Positions 1 to 7,610 of a stretch of DNA of 10,955 bases are shown here, in pieces; within the stretch, counting starts at the first letter, position 1, and each line of letters opens with the position of its first letter. The notes below the pieces were generated by a model that made no database searches, was not told where the DNA came from, and saw nothing but the letters and a program-made list of their open reading frames with translations. Origin of the DNA: Candidatus Sumerlaeales bacterium. GTDB taxonomy: Bacteria; Sumerlaeota; Sumerlaeia; Sumerlaeales; Sumerlaeaceae. The DNA lies in NCBI GenBank assembly GCA_038243585.1, contig JBBSQY010000074.1, forward strand, positions 1 to 10,955, in the 5' to 3' direction. Position numbers and translations under genes: made by a program.

Positions 1-190
1 TCACAAGTCCCAGTATAAAAAGGGATATACCGATTGCCCTGGATAGCCAGGTTAACATGGGCGCTTCCACAGATTCGATTCCATTCACGTGCCACCGCTG
101 GACCTGCCGGGGAATAGGAACCGCCAAAACGATAAGCAAAGCTCCCACAATTGCTATTAAAATTCCTGCTATTTCGTGTGTGATTTGCAT
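1..190 (-). CDS. Small membrane protein, hypothetical (partial, runs off the window start)
   Basis: Not in the ORF track; translated by hand. ATG at 190 with AGGAGG Shine-Dalgarno (203-198) 7 nt upstream. Open frame MQITHEIAGILIAIVGALLIVLAVPIPRQVQRWHVNGIESVEAPMLTWLSRAIGISLFILGLV... has two hydrophobic segments and no stop before position 1. Confidence 0.75.
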   Translation of the reverse strand, partial: MQITHEIAGILIAIVGALLIVLAVPIPRQVQRWHVNGIESVEAPMLTWLSRAIGISLFILGLV

Positions 191-341
191 GGGACAACCT
201 CCTGATGGGTTCGCACAAACACAAATGTCACCGTGTCTGTAAAATACACGTAGATGGTGGCAATCTTCACGTTTAAGGTAGGAGCACTCGCCTCTATTCT
301 TGCCCAAACAGACTTAAACAACTTTGTGAAAATGCCGTCCC

Positions 342-2855
342 ATGCGAACTGTGTCTGATACAATGAATGGTAAGCGGCATGGCTTTGGGTCCTCGTGGAC
401 GATTTCACTCCAGTGGCTGTTGGCCTTTTGGGCTACGGCGCTGGTCTTTTATTTTGAAGCGCGGGAAGGCCTTGTTCGGTGGCCCTGGCTTTTCGAGCCG
501 GTTACCGGTGGAATTTTCCGGGACAGCGGGTTTCCGGATCCGCGATTTGCGCGGCCCCCATCCGCCGATTCCCCGTTCTCCCCATATTTAGAGATCTTCA
601 GAAACTCTCTCGGTCCGTACAACATCCAATGGGGGAACGCCCCCTGGCGGGAATTGCTGATCGCCCTGGGAGTGCTCTTCGCATACACGGCGCTGGGGTG
701 GCTTTTCCTTTCGGCGTTTCGGATTTTTATGCCGCGCCTGGCAAAAGCCTGCCTGGCTTTGACGATCGGTTGCGCCGCAGTCGGCGTTGGAGGCGAGGCG
801 CTCGCGATGGCGCACCTGCTGACTCGGCCGTGGGTCGGCGCAATGTGGGCATTTCTATTTCTGGCGGCGGGCATTTGCTGGGTTTGGAATTTCCGCACAC
901 GTTCAAAGCCCCGAGCCATCTCCGCCGACACCCGCCTGACCCCGGTGGAACAGGCGCAGCGAGCGCGCGATTGGTTCCGCATGGTGTACTTGGGACCGCA
1001 ATCCGGCGGCGCATGGGTGCTGATGACAGCATACGTCCTGCTGTTTGGACTGATCACCTTTTTTGTCACGCTTCATGCCATTGGCGAGCCGGTAGTCTAT
1101 TGGGATTCGCTAATTTTGTATGTGGGTTATGCCCGGGGCATCTATCTCGAGGGCGGGTTTCCCGTGAAGGTGGTGGGGCAGGTCGGCATGGGGCTGGGGG
1201 CGAACTATCCGCACCTTTATGAAGTGCTGACGGCACAGACCGCGGCCCTGGCTGGGTACTGGAGCGACAGCTTCGCCCAGTTGCTGCCGCCGGTGGCCGT
1301 GACGGCCGCTATGGCGCTGGTCTATTATACGGCACTTGAGCTGTCGCGAAACAGGCTGATTGCCATGGCCGCCGCACTGATTACCCGAGCCGTGCCGTAT
1401 GGGCTGTCTTACACCCAATTCGCCAGCAACTACTCAATCGCGATTCTGTTTACGGCGGCGTTTATTTATCTGGCGGTGCGGCTCGTGCGCGATGGATTGC
1501 CGGGATATAGGAATCTGATGCTCCTCGTTGCCGCAGGTGCGGTTCACATCAACTACCTGATGTGGGGGCTGTGGCCCGTGGCTGCTCTGGCAATTTTAAT
1601 GGCCCATTGGCGCTACCGCCCGCTGGATCGGCGAAATCCAGAGTGGCAGCAATCCGAACCGGGCACGCCCCTGCCGGTTTATCCGCCGGAATTTATGGCG
1701 GAGCAATACCGCCCATCGCTGGCGCGGCTGCTGAAGCGGCGGGATTTCTGGACGTGGACGCTGCTGGCCCTGGCGCTGGCATCGCCCTGGTATGTCCGCA
1801 ATACCATCGTCACCGGAAATCCGGTGTATGCGTTCTACTCCAACGTGTTCCCCAGTAAAAATGTGAATCCCGACGTAATGAGAAGCGCCGAGCAGGAGTG
1901 GATGCTGAACGGGGACGGCCTTGCGAACGTTGGAAATACCTTACCCGAAAAGCTGCTTGGAAGCTGGCTCTTTTTTGTGACGGGAAACCAACACTGGAAG
2001 CTTGCGCCATTTTTCATGGCGTTCGTTATGCCCGGTTTCGTAATATGGGGGCTTTGGTGGCTGGCCCGGGCGCTGCCCGGCCGTCGCCGGCATTCTGCAG
2101 AGTATCTTGCCGGGCCCGACCCCGCCGTTTTCAGGTCCATGGCCGTGGTTGCGGCGCTGTTCCTGCTCCTGTGGTTTTACGCGTACGTCGTCGCCGATTT
2201 TTACCTCTACCAGATCATCATTGTGCTGCCCCTTTTTGGGGTGTTCGCAGCATTTCTGTTCATGTTTTGCCGCGGGCGCGGCGCGCGTATGCTGTTGCAC
2301 GTGCTGGTGCTTGTGACTGCTATTGCGCCGGGGCTGGCGATGTCGATTATGGGTTTTAAACTAAAAAAGACCGGCGTCTACGAAGGCATGGGTTCGCCGC
2401 AGTTTCAGGTTACCGCGCTGCGTAAGTTGTTTATGGATCCAAAAGTTTACTACCGCATGGAGTATGGCGGCGATATGGATATGATCGACCATCTGAACAT
2501 GCTGCCGGATGGAACGGCGGTCCTCACCCATGAGAATCGGCATCTACTGCTCGATCCGAAGCTTGAAATCGTGCATCTGGACGATTGGGAAGTTCAGGCG
2601 GGCTATGGCAAATCCGTGGAAGAACGTGTTCGGATATTGGATGAGTCAGGGGTCGAATACTACCTATATGTCCCGAATGAAGATCGTCATGTGGCGAACA
2701 GTTGGCTGGGGATGGAAGAGCTAATCCGCGACGGCTTTTTTAAACGAGAATATGAAACGCCGACGGCGGATGAGGGCGAGGGCGGGGGCGGGAAAAGCGA
2801 TTCCATCATCCCCAAAGGCAAAAACGTCCTGTACCAGCGGACGCAAAAGAAATAG
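342..2855 (+). CDS. Polytopic membrane protein, probable GT-C fold glycosyltransferase (ArnT/PMT-like)
   Basis: 837-aa ORF with many transmembrane-length hydrophobic segments. Acidic loop motif 'YWDSLILY' followed by 'NYPHLYE' and 'PWYVRNTIVTGNPVY', then a soluble C-terminal domain; this pattern resembles bacterial ArnT/PMT-like proteins. Start is uncertain (ATG 342 or ATG 363; no clear SD). Confidence 0.7.
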   Translation: MRTVSDTMNGKRHGFGSSWTISLQWLLAFWATALVFYFEAREGLVRWPWLFEPVTGGIFRDSGFPDPRFARPPSADSPFSPYLEIFRNSLGPYNIQWGNAPWRELLIALGVLFAYTALGWLFLSAFRIFMPRLAKACLALTIGCAAVGVGGEALAMAHLLTRPWVGAMWAFLFLAAGICWVWNFRTRSKPRAISADTRLTPVEQAQRARDWFRMVYLGPQSGGAWVLMTAYVLLFGLITFFVTLHAIGEPVVYWDSLILYVGYARGIYLEGGFPVKVVGQVGMGLGANYPHLYEVLTAQTAALAGYWSDSFAQLLPPVAVTAAMALVYYTALELSRNRLIAMAAALITRAVPYGLSYTQFASNYSIAILFTAAFIYLAVRLVRDGLPGYRNLMLLVAAGAVHINYLMWGLWPVAALAILMAHWRYRPLDRRNPEWQQSEPGTPLPVYPPEFMAEQYRPSLARLLKRRDFWTWTLLALALASPWYVRNTIVTGNPVYAFYSNVFPSKNVNPDVMRSAEQEWMLNGDGLANVGNTLPEKLLGSWLFFVTGNQHWKLAPFFMAFVMPGFVIWGLWWLARALPGRRRHSAEYLAGPDPAVFRSMAVVAALFLLLWFYAYVVADFYLYQIIIVLPLFGVFAAFLFMFCRGRGARMLLHVLVLVTAIAPGLAMSIMGFKLKKTGVYEGMGSPQFQVTALRKLFMDPKVYYRMEYGGDMDMIDHLNMLPDGTAVLTHENRHLLLDPKLEIVHLDDWEVQAGYGKSVEERVRILDESGVEYYLYVPNEDRHVANSWLGMEELIRDGFFKREYETPTADEGEGGGGKSDSIIPKGKNVLYQRTQKK

Positions 2856-2869
2856 CGTCCGCTGGTACA
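2830..2869. terminator. Perfect 15-bp inverted repeat between convergent genes; probable terminator or RNA-stabilising hairpin
   Basis: TGTACCAGCGGACGC (2830-2844), 10-nt loop, GCGTCCGCTGGTACA (2855-2869). It overlaps the stop codon of the GT-C gene and lies about 46 nt downstream of the symporter stop. No strong adjacent U-tract. Confidence 0.55.
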
Positions 2870-2915
2870 AACGGAATTAGACCGTTATGAAATGACCAAT
2901 TTGTGCTGGTCAGGT

Positions 2916-3632
2916 TTAGTGCTCTATGTAGTTTTTTGAAATACCCATTTCCTCAGGAGCGTGGAGCCTTAACATTTTCAGGTCCACGTCTGCGGGTACT
3001 TTGGTCTTTGTCATTTTGCTGATGACGACCATGAGGATGATAGATAGCGGCACGGCCCAGATGGCGGGTTGTTCCATCAGGACCCGGGCGAGAGGCGGAA
3101 CCACGCCAGCCTTTCCACTTTTGTCGATTATCATGACTGTCACGATGGTGCCGACGCTGGCGAAACCACCGACGAGCATACCTGTCGCAGCGCCTGGCAT
3201 GGTCAGGCCGCGCCACCAGCTGCCGAGTAGCAATAGCGGGAAGTAGCTGGCTGCGCCAATGGCGAAGGCCCAGCCGACCATTTTGGCGATGTCAAACTGC
3301 TCGACGAAAAGGCCAAGCGCGATGGATACGGCGCCAATGAATACCGTGGCCACCTTGAAGGCGACAAGTCGCGATTCCGGAGAAGAGTTCGGCCGGAAAA
3401 TTCGTCCATAGATATCATGAGCTACCGCGCCGGACATGCTGACGAGGAGGCCGCTGAAGGTAGACATGAACGCGGCGAACGCCCCCGCGCTAGTGATGCC
3501 GGAAAGGATGGCACCTAGAAGCGGCGAACTTAGCGCCGTGGGCAGACTGATGACTGCGGCGTCGGTACGGTTATTGGCGTAGAGGCTCGGCACAACGGCG
3601 CGCGCCAGTGCGCCCCAAACGGGAGTGAACAT
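2916..3632 (-). CDS. actP: ActP-like symporter, C-terminal part (238 aa)
   Basis: Begins at the ATG directly after the TAG, with no obvious SD. Contains the AFAAFMST sodium-site helix and a C-terminal 'MLRLHAPE' tail resembling this subfamily. Confidence 0.7.
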   Translation of the reverse strand: MFTPVWGALARAVVPSLYANNRTDAAVISLPTALSSPLLGAILSGITSAGAFAAFMSTFSGLLVSMSGAVAHDIYGRIFRPNSSPESRLVAFKVATVFIGAVSIALGLFVEQFDIAKMVGWAFAIGAASYFPLLLLGSWWRGLTMPGAATGMLVGGFASVGTIVTVMIIDKSGKAGVVPPLARVLMEQPAIWAVPLSIILMVVISKMTKTKVPADVDLKMLRLHAPEEMGISKNYIEH

Positions 3633-5831
3633 CTAGAAAACGCCAATAAGCACCATCACCCAGAAGGTGGTGCGCTTGGCGGCGCGACCATCTGGATTTG
3701 TGTAGAACCGTACCAGAATATGAGGCAACCCTGCGGTACCGCAGACCAGAGCCATGATGAGGGAATACGTGTAGAGCAGCGGATAGCCCTGTTTGCTGGT
3801 AAAGTCGCCGAAAGGGCGAAGCCAGCGCTGGTTATCCGGGGCGTTGGGAACGTTGGAATTCGCATCGAAAGTGACAGGTGCCGGCTGATTGAATGTCACT
3901 TTTGCCGGAATGGCAGACGCGCCGGCATGAGCCTCCAGCACCTTTACGTACACTGGATGGTCGAGCTGAATGGCTTCCCCCGCGGCGATCTGGCGAGACG
4001 TCGCCGATATGGCGTCACCGGCCTCGCCGGTGTTGTCGCCTAAATTGGTCACCGCGACATCCTGCCGGTCAGCAGGCATTTGTCCGCAGACATTGCTCAA
4101 AGTCAAAGCGCCGCCGCTGCCTTCCGTAGCCGTGAAATAATAAGACGGGGTGGCGGCGGATTTGTCACAGACACCGATGAGGTTCACGGTGCCCCCGCCG
4201 TTGAACACGACGTAGCCGTAGGGAGCTGATGCTCCGATGACAGCTGTGTTTCTCACAGTCATTTCGGGATCCGGATAGTTCCCGTTCACCCCTGTCCAGA
4301 ATGGATAGCCGCCGACGTCGTTGACGCACTCGACCGTGCTGTCGACAACGGTGAGGCCGACGGAGGCGTTGGATATGACATCGGACGCGCCCCGGATATG
4401 GCAGTTGGAAATGGTCGCGTCGGCGCCCGTGGGCAATACAAACACCGTATCATATCCGCCGCCGTTGGCGCCAGGGGCGCTGGTAACAGAGTCCAGAAAA
4501 CAGTTTTCAGCCAGAAAGTTAGCCGCGTCCGGACCGCCTTGCGCCACACCAATTTTCAGTGCTACAGAGTGGCCAGGGCGCGGATCTGTGGGCTCCGCCG
4601 CGTTAATCAGGGTCAAGCTGCGCAGGCTGCAATCCGGCGCGGCGATGACAATAAGTCCGCCATCGCCCGCTTGCGTCCAAGGCACACTGCCCGAGATGCG
4701 GACGGTGTCGCGCGCAACGCCGACAATATGGGTGCGCGGGACCGTGACGGTGACCTGAATATCGTTGGCGATGGTATACTTGCCGGGTTGAACAAGGATT
4801 TTTTTGTCAACGGCGGGATCTGTCGCCGCCGCCAGGGCGTCCTGCAGGGTCGCATACGGCTTGCTGCCATCAGCGGCAACTTCAAAGAGTTGCGCGTCCG
4901 CAGGTATTGCGTTTTGCTGCGCGATGGTTGCGGCTGAAACAGCGATATCATTTAAAAGGCCCGGTGTGGAACCAGCGTTAAGCTGTCCGGGAGTCGGATT
5001 GATTGTAAGCGTCGCGGTCGTGCCGTTGACTCCGGGCGTAAGAAGCGATGGTGCATTCACAGTGAAGTCTGGTTTTCCGCCGATGCTGAAACCTGCAGGC
5101 CCAACACTGTTCAATACGTTAGCAGGCGCGCCGGCAGAACCCTTCATGGTCAGCGTTTTCATTTCCGCGAACTGAGGCTGCGCCGCAGGATTCTTTACGT
5201 TGTCGTTCATACGGTCGCCGTACCAGCCAAACACGCTCATGAGCACGAACACCGGCACCGAGATCGCGAACAGCTTGACCCAGTATTGAAATGCCTGTAC
5301 GAAAGTGATGCCCTTCATGCCACCGATGGCCACATTAAATGTAATGACTGCGCCTACAACCACAATGCCGACCCAGTAGGGCCAGTCCATAATCTCGCCC
5401 ATGACCACCCCCGCGCCCTTCATCTGGGGCATGGTGTAGAAAAAGCCGATGAAAAGCACAAAGGTCACTGCGATCTTCCGGAAAAGGGGGCTGTCAAAGC
5501 GGCCTTCTGCAAAATCAGGAATTGTATAAGCCCCGAAGCGGCGCAGAGGTCCGGCGATAAACAGAAGCAAAAAGAGATAGCCGGCAGCATAGCAGACGGG
5601 ATACCAAAGCGTATCATAGCCATAACGCATGACCAGGCCGGCAACGCCCATAAAGCTGGCGGCGCTGAGGTATTCTCCGCTGATGGCGCCCGCGTTCATG
5701 CCGACGCCGACTGAGCGGGAGGCCACAAAGAAATCTGACGCGGTGCTGGAGCGACGTGTTGTCCAGATACCCAGACCAACCGTAGTGAGAATGATGAAAA
5801 TGACGAACGCGAGGGGGATAAACTCGATCAT
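3633..5831 (-). CDS. actP: ActP-like symporter, N-terminal part (732 aa) including the inserted pectinesterase-like domain
   Basis: ATG overlaps the upstream gene stop (TAATG). About six N-terminal TM segments, a long soluble insert, then GTAGLPHILVRFYT. Ends within a hydrophobic segment at LIGVF*. Confidence 0.75.
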   Translation of the reverse strand: MIEFIPLAFVIFIILTTVGLGIWTTRRSSTASDFFVASRSVGVGMNAGAISGEYLSAASFMGVAGLVMRYGYDTLWYPVCYAAGYLFLLLFIAGPLRRFGAYTIPDFAEGRFDSPLFRKIAVTFVLFIGFFYTMPQMKGAGVVMGEIMDWPYWVGIVVVGAVITFNVAIGGMKGITFVQAFQYWVKLFAISVPVFVLMSVFGWYGDRMNDNVKNPAAQPQFAEMKTLTMKGSAGAPANVLNSVGPAGFSIGGKPDFTVNAPSLLTPGVNGTTATLTINPTPGQLNAGSTPGLLNDIAVSAATIAQQNAIPADAQLFEVAADGSKPYATLQDALAAATDPAVDKKILVQPGKYTIANDIQVTVTVPRTHIVGVARDTVRISGSVPWTQAGDGGLIVIAAPDCSLRSLTLINAAEPTDPRPGHSVALKIGVAQGGPDAANFLAENCFLDSVTSAPGANGGGYDTVFVLPTGADATISNCHIRGASDVISNASVGLTVVDSTVECVNDVGGYPFWTGVNGNYPDPEMTVRNTAVIGASAPYGYVVFNGGGTVNLIGVCDKSAATPSYYFTATEGSGGALTLSNVCGQMPADRQDVAVTNLGDNTGEAGDAISATSRQIAAGEAIQLDHPVYVKVLEAHAGASAIPAKVTFNQPAPVTFDANSNVPNAPDNQRWLRPFGDFTSKQGYPLLYTYSLIMALVCGTAGLPHILVRFYTNPDGRAAKRTTFWVMVLIGVF
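4082..4886 (-). other. Inserted pectin-lyase-like parallel beta-helix domain (pectinesterase/CE8-like) within the symporter
   Basis: Motifs in the order expected for CE8: VAADGSKPYATLQDALAAA, ILVQPGKY, IVGVARDTVRI, LRSLTLIN, SVALKI, ENCFL, YDTVF, NCHIRGASDVI. Confidence 0.75.
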
Positions 5832-6184
5832 TATCTGTCGCCCTCCCCGTTGACGACGTTTGTTGGAGCGGCTGTTTCCTTACGCATGGTTGCGGTTATA
5901 TCAGATTCAATCTCATTGCTCCGGCGGATAAACCACCAGCTCAATATCCAGGTGATAGGATAGAACAAAACGGCCAGGAAAAACCACGTAGCCGTAAACC
6001 CAAACATTGGCATGTTTGCGACTTCCGGTAAAAAGTAATTTACGAGAGGCAGGCCAAACAGCATGACCAGAAAGATAGCGGCAATTTTCAGGCTGAGACT
6101 CATCTGACGGCGCATTACGGAATCGGCCAGGCTGCGCTGATCGTTCGGGTGCGAGTGGATGTTTTGTTCCAGGCGTGTTTGCAA
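5831..6184 (-). CDS. DUF485 / YjcH-like small membrane protein, the usual ActP partner
   Basis: 117 aa, two TM segments, 'MRRQMSLSL' N-terminal motif. TTG start with GGAGG 8 nt upstream. Translationally coupled to the symporter through TAATG, matching the known yjcH-actP arrangement. Confidence 0.85.
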   Translation of the reverse strand: MQTRLEQNIHSHPNDQRSLADSVMRRQMSLSLKIAAIFLVMLFGLPLVNYFLPEVANMPMFGFTATWFFLAVLFYPITWILSWWFIRRSNEIESDITATMRKETAAPTNVVNGEGDR

Positions 6185-6240
6185 GGGTAGTGCCTCCGGA
6201 AGTACAGGTTAGAAATAGGAAAGTCGGGGGGAGAACTGGA

Positions 6241-6268
6241 AGTGTAAAGGTTAAAAAGGTGCGAGCAA
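6241..6268 (-). promoter_or_regulatory. Candidate sigma70 promoter for DUF485-actP
   Basis: Minus strand TTGCTC-N16-TACACT in the 150-nt intergenic gap, about 56 nt upstream of the TTG start. Confidence 0.35.
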
Positions 6269-6334
6269 AGTGGGGAGGCAACGGCGAGAAATACAATTTT
6301 TCCGTTCTCCATGTGCTGCCATAACCATTCAAAA

Positions 6335-7531
6335 TCAGCCGGCTATAGGCAGATCATTTTTCCGAACAAGCACGTTAGCACCCTGGACGGGGCGGGTGGC
6401 GTAGATGGTCGCCTCGAGGCCAGTCCGTTTGAGATAAGCCGACGCCATCAGAGCCTTAAATTTGTCGACATTGTCTAACGGGACAAGTGCAACGGCACAG
6501 CCGCCGAAGCCGCCGCCGGTCATGCGACAGCCGTAGGCGAGGCCGCTGTCCCTCGCAATGTCGACGATCGTGTCCAGTTGTTCGCACGATACTTCATAAT
6601 CATCGCGCAGGCTGGCATGAGATTGATAAAGCGCCTTGCCCGCGGTATCCCAATCGCTGGCTTTCAGCGCCTTTACGAACTGCCGGACCCGCTCGTTTTC
6701 CGTCAAGTTATGCTTTACCCGTTTGCGAGTAATATCCGGCAGGGCAGCAGCGTGGCGGTCAAAAATTTCCTGCGGCACATGACGCAGGGTAGGATAGTTA
6801 TCGCCGGATAATTCGCACAGCAGGCGCAGACCCTCTTCACACTCCAGCCGGCGACGGTTAAAGTCGCTGGAGCGAAGTTCGCGGGATTTGTTGGAATTAA
6901 TAACCACGATGACGGCGCCGTCCGGATCAAAGGGAACCGTCTCGTAATCAAGAGTATGGCAATCGAGAAAAAGTGCGCTCGCATCTGCCCCTAGAGCCGA
7001 TGCGAATTGATCCATGATACCGCATCGCACGCCGACAAAATCGCTGTGTTCCGCAGCCTGAGCCAGCAGTGCGATTTCCTTCGCAGACAGCCCGGCGCCG
7101 CAAACTTCGTTGAGCAGCGTAGCAGCGCACACTTCAAAAGCGGCGGATGAGCTAAGCCCCGCGCCCAGGGGCACGTCACCGTTTATGGCCACATCCAGTG
7201 CTGGTGGATGGTGGCCGCGCAGATTAAATTGCTCGCACACCGCGAGCCAGTAACTATACCATTTCACGCCTTCCGGGCGGGGTAGCGCGTCAGCCGGGTC
7301 GTAGCTGAAAGCTTCGTCGTAATTGACAGAATGCAGACGAGTTTCCTCTGCGTCCGCTGGCCGAGCCGCCATCTTTATTTCGTATTCAATAGCTGCCGGC
7401 AGCACAAATCCGCCGTTGTAGTCGGTGTGCTCCCCTATAAGGTTGATACGACCCGGAGCCCGGGCGATTAGTGTAGGCTGGGTTTTAAAGGCTGACTCAA
7501 AGCTTTGTGTAATCGAGGCATCGGTAATCAT
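6335..7531 (-). CDS. galK: Galactokinase
   Basis: Galactokinase signature GRINLIGEHTDY, GHMP motif PLGAGLSSSA, CGIMDQ and RMTGGGFGG; 398 aa. Confidence 0.97.
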   Translation of the reverse strand: MITDASITQSFESAFKTQPTLIARAPGRINLIGEHTDYNGGFVLPAAIEYEIKMAARPADAEETRLHSVNYDEAFSYDPADALPRPEGVKWYSYWLAVCEQFNLRGHHPPALDVAINGDVPLGAGLSSSAAFEVCAATLLNEVCGAGLSAKEIALLAQAAEHSDFVGVRCGIMDQFASALGADASALFLDCHTLDYETVPFDPDGAVIVVINSNKSRELRSSDFNRRRLECEEGLRLLCELSGDNYPTLRHVPQEIFDRHAAALPDITRKRVKHNLTENERVRQFVKALKASDWDTAGKALYQSHASLRDDYEVSCEQLDTIVDIARDSGLAYGCRMTGGGFGGCAVALVPLDNVDKFKALMASAYLKRTGLEATIYATRPVQGANVLVRKNDLPIAG

Positions 7532-7580
7532 TTATGTCGGGCAGTAGTCCTTATATAGTGGCAGATATTAGAGTTAAGTG

Positions 7581-7610
7581 CTTCAATCGGGATGGTTGTG
7601 CTACTTCATG
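7581..7610 (-). repeat. Degenerate GTAG-type REP copy overlapping the galT stop codon
   Basis: Minus strand CATGAAGTAGCACAACCATCCCGATTG aligns without gaps to CATGAAGTAGCATAGGCGTCCCGCCTG (10565-10539). The first 12 nt are identical and TCCCG is conserved. Confidence 0.55.

Larger units (their letters stand above)
2916..5831 (-). pseudogene. actP: Cation/acetate symporter ActP-like (sodium:solute symporter family) with a large beta-helix insertion, interrupted by one in-frame TAG at 3635-3633 (pseudogene, split gene, readthrough or sequence error)
   Basis: ORFs 3633..5831 and 2916..3632 are in the same frame, separated only by TAG. ActP-family motifs span both: SDFFVASR, AISGEYLSAASFMG, RRFGAYTIPDF, GGMKGITFVQ, GTAGLPHILVRFYTNPD, then AGAFAAFMST-SGLL-AHD and VGWAFAIGAASYFP-LL-WW after the stop. 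SD GGAGG at 5845-5841. The fused product would be 971 aa. Confidence 0.8.

Noticed and set aside
57..408. Track ORFs 57..242 (+) and 169..408 (-)
   Set aside because: The minus-strand frame starting at ATG 190 with a perfect SD explains this region better.
449..1222. Long overlapping ORFs 449..1069 (-) and 479..1222 (+), and similar ORFs within the other genes
   Set aside because: They are antisense or off-frame shadows of GC-rich coding genes, with Arg/Ala/Pro-rich translations and no recognisable motifs.
2774..2792. G-quadruplex-like GGGCGAGGGCGGGGGCGGG
   Set aside because: It is explained by the codons of the EGEGGGG peptide.
3633..3635. Genome-wide TAG reassignment or pyrrolysine insertion
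   Set aside because: TAG terminates galT at its expected length and ends the GT-C gene, no other gene here has an internal TAG, and no pyl genes are in the window.
3790..5215. Intein or mobile element as the symporter insertion
   Set aside because: No intein-type terminal His-Asn junction, endonuclease or transposase motifs were seen; the content looks like a beta-helix.
5913..6332. 139-aa minus-strand ORF overlapping DUF485
   Set aside because: It overlaps the well-supported DUF485 gene in another frame and has no recognisable features.
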